IMG/VR virus record: IMGVR_UViG_3300020171_000037
Location: 1-52,948 of that record
Strand: one strand, 5' to 3'
Length of the DNA stretch: 52,948 nucleotides
From: a virus
Lineage: Duplodnaviria > Caudoviricetes
Under the pieces are notes generated by a model. It was given only the letters and a program-made list of their open reading frames with translations. It was not told the origin of the DNA and searched no databases. Positions within the stretch are counted from its first letter, which is position 1; every line of letters starts with the position of its first letter. A program made the position numbers and the translations under genes. Below are positions 7,668-16,041 of this stretch, piece by piece.

Positions 7668-7725
7668 GCAGGTAACTATAATTAAAAGTAATTGTTTTAA
7701 ATACTTAATATAAAACTACTTACAA
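7668..7725. other. Terminal half-site, candidate attI-like primary site
   Basis: GCAGGTAAC box not followed by a clear attC-like arm pair and GTT box; AT-rich spacer up to the recombinase ATG. Confidence 0.55.
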
Positions 7726-8541
7726 ATGGAATTGTCAGAAATAAAAAAGATTTATGTCAAAGAAATGAATCTTAAAACTAGGTCAAAACAAACTATTGAT
7801 CAGTATATGTCATGTGTAAATAAATTCACTAATGAAAATAGTAGAATTTACAGAATGACAAAAGATGAAATCAAAAACTACATGTCAGAATTTCGGTGTA
7901 GATATTCTGATTATTATTTCAATGTAATGGGTTCAGCTTTGAAAGTGCTTTATGAAAAAGTATTGAATCAAAATGAAAAAATGAAATGGTTTGTTCCTGT
8001 AAAAACAGAAATGAAATATCATAACATAATTTCAAATGATGAATTTATAAAAATGATGAAAAAAGCTAATAACATTAAACATAAATTCATAATCATTTTA
8101 TTGTATTCAACTGGAATTCGAGAAACTGAATTTATAAACATAAAGCTTGCTGACATTAATTATGAAGACAATTCCATTTTCATTAAAACTTTAAAAAACG
8201 GTAAAAATAGACATGTATCATTAAGACCACTTTGCAAAAAATATTTACAGGCTTATTTAAAACAATGGAATCCTATTGAATATTTACTAAACGGTCAAAC
8301 TGTTGGTAGTAAATATACCTCATCAAGTATGTTAAAAGTGATTAAAAATGTTTCTGATAATAAATTTACAGTTCATGATTTCAGGCACACCTTTAGTACT
8401 TTGACAATCGAACATGAAAACGTGTTTAGAACAAAAGAAATTTTAGGACACAAAAGCCTTAATAGTACGCTTCATTATTATCATATTCCTAAAAACCAAT
8501 TAAGTTCAATGTATAATCCACTTGACAGTATCGCAGTATGA
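7726..8541 (+). CDS. Tyrosine recombinase, putative cassette integrase
   Basis: LYSTGIR(R), KNGKNR(K), HDFRH, LGHKS, TLHYYH(Y), C-terminal NPLD resembling the SPLD tail of integron-type integrases; stop overlaps the terL start (ATGA). Confidence 0.92.
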   Translation: MELSEIKKIYVKEMNLKTRSKQTIDQYMSCVNKFTNENSRIYRMTKDEIKNYMSEFRCRYSDYYFNVMGSALKVLYEKVLNQNEKMKWFVPVKTEMKYHNIISNDEFIKMMKKANNIKHKFIIILLYSTGIRETEFINIKLADINYEDNSIFIKTLKNGKNRHVSLRPLCKKYLQAYLKQWNPIEYLLNGQTVGSKYTSSSMLKVIKNVSDNKFTVHDFRHTFSTLTIEHENVFRTKEILGHKSLNSTLHYYHIPKNQLSSMYNPLDSIAV

Positions 8542-10649
8542 GCCAATTAGAAATAACAGTAAAAAAAATACTCGATTCATTGAATGTAATTTCAGATGAT
8601 TTGAACCCAGTCGAATGGATACCAAAACATAGAACTATTCAACCTTATGTATCAATTAACATGTCGGGCAAATTTGATTGGTCAAATACACCATACATGA
8701 AAGAAATTACAAACCATTTAGATCAATATAGCCCTACTCAATATATTGCATTAATGAAGGGGGTTCGAGTTGGTGGAACATTCGCATTAGTTCATAATGG
8801 AGTGCCATATATAATGAGCGAGAGACCTGCAAATATTATGCTAATTTCAGCTAATAAAGAACTGGCACGAAAAACAATGCAGGGAGTTGACCACGGCATT
8901 GACGGTTGTAAGATTCGGCACTTAATGACTAAAAGTTCGGGCGTAAAAAGTAATTCGAGTGGTGACACAATGGAATCAAAAAGCTTTGCAGGTGGTTATG
9001 AGCTTTTCAATTTCGGTGGGCAATCAATTGACAATATGAGACAAGTTACAGCCTCAATAATAATTGCAGACGAAATAGATGCCATTAAAGAGAAATCTAA
9101 AGAGGGTGGTAGTTTTATTAAACTAATGGGCGACCGGGCAAAAGATGCAGGGCTTTTAAAGAAAATTATTTATTTAAGTTCGCCGCGGTTGTTAGATTCG
9201 AGTTTGATTTATGAATTATTTTTGGAAGGTGACCAAAGAGTGTATTATGTACCATGCCCGAAATGTGGCGAATATATTGAGCTGGTTTGGAATGAACGGA
9301 ACGAAAACAATACAAGATATGGGATTATTTTTGATGTAAAGAATAGCGAAGTAATTAAAAATAGCGTTCGTTATCGGTGTGGAAAATGTGAGAATGAATT
9401 TGCCGAAACAAAACAATTAAAAAAAGACATGCTAAATGCAGGGTATTGGAAACCCACAATTGAACGCGAAAATAAAACCTTTGTGAGTTATAGACTTTCA
9501 GCATTATATGCCCCTCCGACAATGGACAATTGGTATGATTTCGCTATTGAATATCAGAAAGCATTTCCGAGAGGTGGAATTAAAGACGATTCGCGTTATC
9601 AAAGTTTTGTCAACTCTATTTTAGGCATGCCGTTTAAACCTGAAGGTATTACTTTAAAATCAACTCGATTACAGGAAAACAGGCGCGAATATAAAATAGG
9701 TGAATGCCCGTTTGAATTGTCTAAAAAAGACGGTAACGGCGAAATAATTATTATTTCAATGGCATGTGACTTGAATGGATGGGAAGATGACGGGCGTATT
9801 GATTATGAAATAGTGGCAAAATCTGAAAAGGGCGCAACATATTCCATTGATGCAGGTTCATTTGGAACGTTTATTCCTAAAGTTGAAAAAACAGCATTGG
9901 AGCGCGAGGGGGTTAATGTAGCAAAAGAGGATAGCGAACGGATAAAATACACCTACAAACTTGGAGTTGAAAATAGCATTTGGAAACAATTTGAAGAAAA
10001 GATTGCTTTGACTTACGGAAAATCAGAAAGAAAACTAACTATTATAACAATTGACGTTGGGGTTTATAAAGATTTAGCAATATCGTTTGTGAAACGAATT
10101 AAAAACATGGGTTATACTGTTATTCCAATTATGGGAGCCGATGAAGAAATATTCACACAACAAAATAAAACCGAAACAGGCTCAATTTATCAGATTGCTA
10201 AAGTAGGTGACATTTATTTATTGAATGTAAATGTTATAAAAGATAAACTTTCAAAGTATATTAATTCAGAAAGCTACATTGATGAAGCAGGGCAAATGCA
10301 GCAACCGCCAAACTTTATGAATTTTCCTGAATACGATTCAAAGCAAAACAAATACACCTATCGAAATTACTTTGCTCATTACGAAGCGGAGCATAAACTT
10401 GTTAAAAAAACAGAGGGCGGAATTGATAGGTATTTGTGGGAAAAGAAACGCCCTGGTATTCAAAACCACTTTTGGGATGTTAGGATTTACAATGAGTTTA
10501 GCGCAATATTTATGACCGATTTGATTTGCTCAAACTCGAACCCATACAAAGCGCGAAATTACAAAACCCAAAAGATAACAGCCAATTGGGAAAATGCAGC
10601 TAGGTTAATTAAAGAGGCTAGTATTGAAAATAATGTACCTTTGAGTTAG
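8538..10649 (+). CDS. terL: Terminase large subunit, lambda GpA family
   Basis: MKGVRVGGT Walker A variant, IIADEID Walker B, SSP, GDQRVYYVPCPKCG, NHFWD. Confidence 0.93.
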   Translation: MSQLEITVKKILDSLNVISDDLNPVEWIPKHRTIQPYVSINMSGKFDWSNTPYMKEITNHLDQYSPTQYIALMKGVRVGGTFALVHNGVPYIMSERPANIMLISANKELARKTMQGVDHGIDGCKIRHLMTKSSGVKSNSSGDTMESKSFAGGYELFNFGGQSIDNMRQVTASIIIADEIDAIKEKSKEGGSFIKLMGDRAKDAGLLKKIIYLSSPRLLDSSLIYELFLEGDQRVYYVPCPKCGEYIELVWNERNENNTRYGIIFDVKNSEVIKNSVRYRCGKCENEFAETKQLKKDMLNAGYWKPTIERENKTFVSYRLSALYAPPTMDNWYDFAIEYQKAFPRGGIKDDSRYQSFVNSILGMPFKPEGITLKSTRLQENRREYKIGECPFELSKKDGNGEIIIISMACDLNGWEDDGRIDYEIVAKSEKGATYSIDAGSFGTFIPKVEKTALEREGVNVAKEDSERIKYTYKLGVENSIWKQFEEKIALTYGKSERKLTIITIDVGVYKDLAISFVKRIKNMGYTVIPIMGADEEIFTQQNKTETGSIYQIAKVGDIYLLNVNVIKDKLSKYINSESYIDEAGQMQQPPNFMNFPEYDSKQNKYTYRNYFAHYEAEHKLVKKTEGGIDRYLWEKKRPGIQNHFWDVRIYNEFSAIFMTDLICSNSNPYKARNYKTQKITANWENAARLIKEASIENNVPLS

Positions 10650-10739
10650 ATATGAAATATAATAAAAATAATTTAAAATAATTTGCACAACCAAAAAAGT
10701 ATATGTAATTTAGCAAAAATAATTTAAAGTAAATTGCAT

Positions 10740-11336
10740 ATGAAAACAAATCAAGTATTAAAAAGGAATGATGCATTTGTACAAAGGACTAAGGATGGTT
10801 ATTTTGATTCAAATACATTAATTAATAATTGGAATTTAAACAATCCATCAAAAAGAAAAGAGTTAGCAAAATATAAGGCTAATAATTCAACTAAAGAATA
10901 CATTGAACAATTAATAAAAAGAGGTGTCGAAAATCCTATGTTAATTTCTAATAAAGGTACCTGGATGCACCCTAAGTTATTTATTGACTTTGCTATGTGG
11001 GTTTCAGTTGAATTTAAGGATTTAGTTATTGATTACGTTTTGGATGGGTTAATAAAGAGCCGTAACGATTCAGGCGATTATTATAATCAAATGTGTGCAA
11101 CTATTTTAGAAACCTATGTAAATTATTACCATTGCAAGCCCCCTGCACATATTTATATTGAAGAGGCTAATTTGATTAAATCGTTAGTTACAAATAAGCC
11201 TAGAAATGAAATGAATGAGCAAGAATTAAAACAAATAACTTATTTACAAAAGGTCAATTCTAATTTGCTAAAAAAAGGAATTGGAAAGTCTGCAAGGGTT
11301 AAGAGATTACATGAAGCATCTGAAATAGAAATATAA
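10740..11336 (+). CDS. KilA-N domain DNA-binding protein
   Basis: QRTKDGYF..GTWMHPKLFIDFAMW. Confidence 0.8.
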   Translation: MKTNQVLKRNDAFVQRTKDGYFDSNTLINNWNLNNPSKRKELAKYKANNSTKEYIEQLIKRGVENPMLISNKGTWMHPKLFIDFAMWVSVEFKDLVIDYVLDGLIKSRNDSGDYYNQMCATILETYVNYYHCKPPAHIYIEEANLIKSLVTNKPRNEMNEQELKQITYLQKVNSNLLKKGIGKSARVKRLHEASEIEI

Positions 11337-11372
11337 CTAAAGTAAATAAGTAAACTTAAAAAAATTAGAATT

Positions 11373-11741
11373 ATGATAATAAAAACTAAAGAAGTATATT
11401 ATTGCCAATATTGTAAAAAACATGGGCTTAATAAAAAACAAATGGAATACCACGAAACTATTTGTGTAAAAAATCCAATTAACGATAGGCCTTGTTTTCA
11501 TTGTGAAAATTTAGATAAAAAAGAAACTGAAATATATGGGCAATATTTCGATGGTAGCGAATGGAGTAGAAAACTAGATTTATTATATTGCAAAGTAAAT
11601 GAATGCTTTTTATTTACTCCTAAAAATCAAATAAAAGGTAATCAATTTGATTTAGGTGACGAAAACAATGAACCCATGCCAAAAGAATGTAAAATTTACA
11701 ACTCAATTAAAAAGGTTAATAAATCAATATTTGAATTATAA
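11373..11741 (+). CDS. Cys-rich hypothetical protein
   Basis: CQYC..H..C, CFHC. Confidence 0.7.
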   Translation: MIIKTKEVYYCQYCKKHGLNKKQMEYHETICVKNPINDRPCFHCENLDKKETEIYGQYFDGSEWSRKLDLLYCKVNECFLFTPKNQIKGNQFDLGDENNEPMPKECKIYNSIKKVNKSIFEL

Positions 11742-11867
11742 TTCATATATTTACACTTCGATTTAGTATTTAGACTAAAAAATAGTAACAATTAAAACTT
11801 ACGATTATGAAACATTAATTAAAATTAGAGTACTACTTGATAAATCAGAAAGCAAATAAATTAAAAT

Positions 11868-11898
11868 AAAAATCCACCCAAATAGAGTGGATTTTTTT
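11868..11898 (+). terminator. Intrinsic terminator
   Basis: AAAATCCAC..GTGGATTTT stem followed by a T run. Confidence 0.65.
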
Positions 11899-11925
11899 AT
11901 TTTTACTACTTATTAATTTTTTTCA

Positions 11926-11933
11926 TAACTTTG
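11926..11933 (+). promoter_or_regulatory. -7 promoter box upstream of head genes
   Basis: TAACTTTG, after the terminator and before ORF 11950. Confidence 0.5.
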
Positions 11934-11949
11934 ATAAAAATTTGAATGC

Positions 11950-12195
11950 ATGAATATTACAGATTTAAAAGCCGAATATGAGATACTTAAGCTACAATTA
12001 GCCGATGTAAACACTCAAATCACAGCAATTTTAAAGAAAAATAAAAAATACACTTATTCAAACATTGAAAGCTCGCATTCTGCTGAAACCCACTCACTTA
12101 CAGACTTAATTTCACTTAAAAAATCTATAAAAGAAGAAATGAGTATAATTGAAAACCAGTTAGGCAGCTCTTTTGTTAAATTAAAAAACTACTAA
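11950..12195 (+). CDS. Probable gpW-like head-tail joining protein
   Basis: Helix-hairpin-helix 81-aa protein between terL and portal, matching lambda gene order. Confidence 0.6.
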   Translation: MNITDLKAEYEILKLQLADVNTQITAILKKNKKYTYSNIESSHSAETHSLTDLISLKKSIKEEMSIIENQLGSSFVKLKNY

Positions 12196-12196
12196 C

Positions 12197-13864
12197 ATGT
12201 TTGGAATCAATGAATTAAAGTCTAAAGTTAATGAATTAAGCAAAATAAATGCTGAATTAATCGAAAAAACAACGGCTTTAAATGAATCGAATCATAAAAT
12301 GAACGCAATAGTAGCAGGTTCATTATTCAGTTACGAAACATTAACAGGTGAAACCAACGTTGGGGACTTGCCAGAGGTTAAAGAGTTCATTATTTGGTAC
12401 GAAAAGTTTAGACAAAGGAGTTGGTCATATATTTATAAAAACCATTTAGCTAATTTAATAGTAACAAAGCGGGTTAATTGGTTAATCGGTTCTGGTTTGC
12501 TTTTTAATTCGCGCCCCTCAGATACTCCATTTACAGATTTTTACGGGGCGGCAAATGGTAAAATAAAACACCGTGAATTTATTCAAAAACTAGAATACCA
12601 ATTTAGAAATTACATAAACACAAAGGCAGTTGACTACTCAAAAAACAACAACTTACATGAACTAGCTAGGCAAATTGATTTCAATGCAAGCGCGGACGGC
12701 GATATTCTAATATTAATGAGGGTTAAAAACGGTTTTCCAAACATTCAAGTAATATCAGGGCAATGTGTTACTAATCCATTTAATTACAGCTTACCAAGTG
12801 GAAATACAATTAATGAGGGTGTTGAAATGAATGGCAAAGGCGAAATAGTTAACTACCATGTTTTAGTTAACAAATCTACCTCAAAAACAGAAATCAAAGC
12901 CATTGAAACCGAAATAAGCTATTATACTGAATCAATTCCAGTTTATTTTAAAGGTACAAACATTCGTCAAGCGTGGTTATATAGGTCAAGCGATTTACAA
13001 AAAGCAGGTGAAACAAGGGCAATGCCTTTATTATCGTATATGTTTGAAACCTTACAACACTTGAATGATTACATTATTGCCAATGCCAAAAATGCTCAAT
13101 TAAAAGCTCAAATGGTAGTAGCGTTTGAAAAGGATGCAGCTTCGACAGGTGAGAAAGTATTTGGTGACGTAAAAATAAACGTAGCGGGTATTAGCGACAA
13201 TGTTAATGAAGAAATTACGGACACTTCGCTACTTTCAGAAACAACCGAAAGAAAACTAAAAGGCAATGGAATTGTAATTGATGCTCCTAAGGGTGTAAAG
13301 GTTAAGCAAGTTAATGATAAAGCTCAAAGTGACCAAGGCGATTATGTAAAAAGCACTTTAACAACTTTGTTAGCCGGAACCATATTCCCTTTAGAGGTTA
13401 CTTTAGGCACTTACAATTCAAACTATACTGCTTCAATGGGTGCCCGTTCTGATGCTCAATATAATTTGGACGTTACAACCGAAATAATCCCATCAAATCA
13501 GCTTTACAAAATGGTTTTAAATATGTTTTTATATCTGCAGGTTCTAAAAGGCGAAATTGATTGTCCACCTTTGAAAAAAGCATATGACAATAACGATATA
13601 ATCACAATTCAAGCTTTGACAAACTCAACATTTGAGGGTACTAAATTAAAACCAATTGACCCTGTTAAATTTATCAAATCATTGAGAATGCAAATACCCG
13701 AAAAGATACGTGAACAAGTGCCACTAAACACAATTGAAAACTTAGTAAATGCTGCAAGCGGTGGCGACTTTGAAAGCGTAAACAATCAAGTTGTAAATGA
13801 AATGGAATTGCTATCAGATAATTTTGAAATCATAATACCTGAAAATGGAAACGTACAAGTGTAA
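12197..13864 (+). CDS. Portal protein, lambda family
   Basis: Size, position, EGVEMNGKGEIVNYHV, GETRAMP, NYTASMG motifs. Confidence 0.85.
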   Translation: MFGINELKSKVNELSKINAELIEKTTALNESNHKMNAIVAGSLFSYETLTGETNVGDLPEVKEFIIWYEKFRQRSWSYIYKNHLANLIVTKRVNWLIGSGLLFNSRPSDTPFTDFYGAANGKIKHREFIQKLEYQFRNYINTKAVDYSKNNNLHELARQIDFNASADGDILILMRVKNGFPNIQVISGQCVTNPFNYSLPSGNTINEGVEMNGKGEIVNYHVLVNKSTSKTEIKAIETEISYYTESIPVYFKGTNIRQAWLYRSSDLQKAGETRAMPLLSYMFETLQHLNDYIIANAKNAQLKAQMVVAFEKDAASTGEKVFGDVKINVAGISDNVNEEITDTSLLSETTERKLKGNGIVIDAPKGVKVKQVNDKAQSDQGDYVKSTLTTLLAGTIFPLEVTLGTYNSNYTASMGARSDAQYNLDVTTEIIPSNQLYKMVLNMFLYLQVLKGEIDCPPLKKAYDNNDIITIQALTNSTFEGTKLKPIDPVKFIKSLRMQIPEKIREQVPLNTIENLVNAASGGDFESVNNQVVNEMELLSDNFEIIIPENGNVQV

Positions 13865-14015
13865 AAATATTAAATGTAGGCAGCCTATTTTATTTGAGGG
13901 TGAGTTTTTAGGCACTATTAAAAAAATTTGCCCTAAATGCAAAGAAATGAATATCTTTGTTGAGCAAAAAAACGTAGTTTTAGATAAATTTTGTAATAAT
14001 AATTTAATTAAGTAA
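13845..14015 (+). CDS. Mu Com-like zinc-finger protein (56 aa)
   Basis: Manual translation METYKCKNIKCRQPILFEGEFLGTIKKICPKCKEMN…; Com-type spacing of two Cys pairs. Confidence 0.65.
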   Translation: METYKCKNIKCRQPILFEGEFLGTIKKICPKCKEMNIFVEQKNVVLDKFCNNNLIK

Positions 14016-14022
14016 TTTTGAA

Positions 14023-14460
14023 ATGATGAAAAAAGTATTATTGATTTTATTTGCGTTTATAGTATTCGCAAATTTAGCCAAAGGGCAACAAGGTAACACT
14101 CAATTTTTTGATACTGTTTCTATAACGGTTTCAGAAAAAACAGTAGTGCCGGTTTATTCATATTCCTATGATGGAATGAAAAACTATGAGGGTGCCGTTG
14201 TTGGTTTTATTTTTAGTGTATCAAATTATACCGATACATTAGCAAGTGTAATTTTAGAAGGTGGTTACAAATTGGCAAGTGGTACTATAACTTATACGCC
14301 TGTTGACACTTTAACCGAACTTGGAGCAACAAAACCATATTGTTTATATCAAACTGAACCCGTATTCCAATATTATAGATTACGAATACCTTTTGTAACC
14401 GGCGACAATTCGACATTGAAAAATATATTATATTTTGAAAAGTTTAAGACTTTAAAATAA
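14023..14460 (+). CDS. Exported protein with signal peptide
   Basis: MMKKVLLILFAFIVFANLAKG-Q signal peptide. Confidence 0.7.
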   Translation: MMKKVLLILFAFIVFANLAKGQQGNTQFFDTVSITVSEKTVVPVYSYSYDGMKNYEGAVVGFIFSVSNYTDTLASVILEGGYKLASGTITYTPVDTLTELGATKPYCLYQTEPVFQYYRLRIPFVTGDNSTLKNILYFEKFKTLK

Positions 14461-14549
14461 TTTTCGCACCCTTTAATTAGGGTTTGGTAGTTTTATGCAG
14501 AGCTAGCCTCTCGATGTTAATCATTGAGAGGCTTTTTTAATTTAATCAT

Positions 14550-15539
14550 ATGGCACGAAAAATAGCAACCGATTTACCTGAATTTATCTTCTCATATACA
14601 ATCAATTCACTTATTGACAAAATAAATGAAACAGACGAAGATTATGAAATATCATGGAATAGCAAAGGCGGTTCGGTTTGGGCGGGTAATCAATTTATAG
14701 ATTTCCTAAACAACGATAAAAAACAAAGTACTGCAAATGTAACAGGCGTTGCAGCCTCAATGGGTGCCGTTATGTTGGCCTTTTTTACCAAAACAAAAGG
14801 CGCAAATCAAGCCGACTTAATGATACATTCGGCGGTGGGCGGCGCAAGTTCAACAATGAAAGCTACTAATGAGTTCCTTTATAAAGCACTATCAAAGAAA
14901 ATAGATTCAAAGAAATTTAAAGAATCGACTGGCAAGGATTTAAAAGAGGTTATGATGGCAAGCGAAGATCAAAGAGTTGACGTTTGGTTTACAGGCAAAC
15001 AGGCAGCTTATTTTGGTTTACTTGACGAATCTTACGACCTGCTTGAAAAGTCAGCTTCAATTGATAACAAAACAGATTTTAAAGAATTAGGTTATGAATT
15101 GCCCGAAAACTTAAAAGAGAAATACGGATTAATTAATATTCACACAAATAAAAATGAAATGGAAATAAAAGATGTAACAGCGAGTATGCTGCTTACAGGT
15201 AACAAAGAGGCATACGACAGCATCTTTGAAGCCGGAAAGCAAGCAGAACAAACGAGAGTTTCCGAAATCATGAAGTACGCACAGTACGACATGAATAAAG
15301 CTAACGAAATCGTTAAAAGTGGTAAGAGTTTAAGTATTGCAGATGTTGAACATTTTATGACTAAAAAGTTTGACACCGCAAAACTTAACGAACTTGAATT
15401 AGGTAGCGAAGACCCAATTACACCCGCAAAACCTATTGTAAACAAAGAAGCAAAAACAGTTGAAGAAAAAGAAAAAGAAGCTGCTTTTGCTGAAATGAAT
15501 GAGGGTATTGGACTTGGTAAAATTTTAACTCAAAAATAA
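14550..15539 (+). CDS. ClpP-like prohead protease fused to a scaffold region
   Basis: NSKGGSV, GVAASMG, LMIH, WFTGKQA; charged C-terminal region. Confidence 0.88.
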   Translation: MARKIATDLPEFIFSYTINSLIDKINETDEDYEISWNSKGGSVWAGNQFIDFLNNDKKQSTANVTGVAASMGAVMLAFFTKTKGANQADLMIHSAVGGASSTMKATNEFLYKALSKKIDSKKFKESTGKDLKEVMMASEDQRVDVWFTGKQAAYFGLLDESYDLLEKSASIDNKTDFKELGYELPENLKEKYGLINIHTNKNEMEIKDVTASMLLTGNKEAYDSIFEAGKQAEQTRVSEIMKYAQYDMNKANEIVKSGKSLSIADVEHFMTKKFDTAKLNELELGSEDPITPAKPIVNKEAKTVEEKEKEAAFAEMNEGIGLGKILTQK

Positions 15540-16024
15540 TGGCTGATATTACAGAAACCTTAACCGTTAACACTCCAAATCACTTACGAGTTGATTATAA
15601 TGTTGACAACATATTCCTAAATTTTCCAAATCAACAAAAGAAATTCACTTTCGTTAATGGCACCGCTTCAATTCGCACTATTGCAGCAGGTACTTTGGTA
15701 GGAATAACCAGTGAAGATCAAACCATTGCAGCTCCTGTTAAATCGGATGCAACCGATGGTTCACATATTCCTTATGGAATATTGCTTTATGATACCACTA
15801 TTGCAGCTGGCGCAAGCGAAGAAGTTGAAGCTTTAGTTGGATATGGTGACAATCAAAGCTCTATTTTCTCAGATAAAGTAGTACTTGAAAAATCAGGAGA
15901 CACTTTGGACACTGTAATTACTGAATTAGGTATCAGTATTCGTAACGCTGTTATGGCTTACATGCAAATAAAAATCGAACCTGCAGCTCAAGAAATAAGC
16001 GGCTTAAAGGATTCACAAGTTTAA
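15539..16024 (+). CDS. Head decoration protein (gpD-like)
   Basis: AGTLVG..DGS..PYGIL motif; position before the capsid gene. Confidence 0.75.
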   Translation: MADITETLTVNTPNHLRVDYNVDNIFLNFPNQQKKFTFVNGTASIRTIAAGTLVGITSEDQTIAAPVKSDATDGSHIPYGILLYDTTIAAGASEEVEALVGYGDNQSSIFSDKVVLEKSGDTLDTVITELGISIRNAVMAYMQIKIEPAAQEISGLKDSQV

Positions 16025-16041
16025 CCCTTAAAAATTAAGAT

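Larger units (their letters stand above)
940..8541. mobile_element. Integron-like element: 10 attC-like sites, 10 cassettes, terminal half-site and tyrosine recombinase
   Basis: Regular alternation of AAC..inverted repeat..GTT sites with 1-2 ORFs; complementary flanks around each gene; adjacent recombinase. Confidence 0.88.

Noticed and set aside
7726-8541. Recombinase as the ordinary prophage integrase
   Set aside because: Not excluded, since it is the only integrase-like gene here. However, it sits in the packaging operon beside the array half-site, with no repressor, excisionase or host junction nearby.
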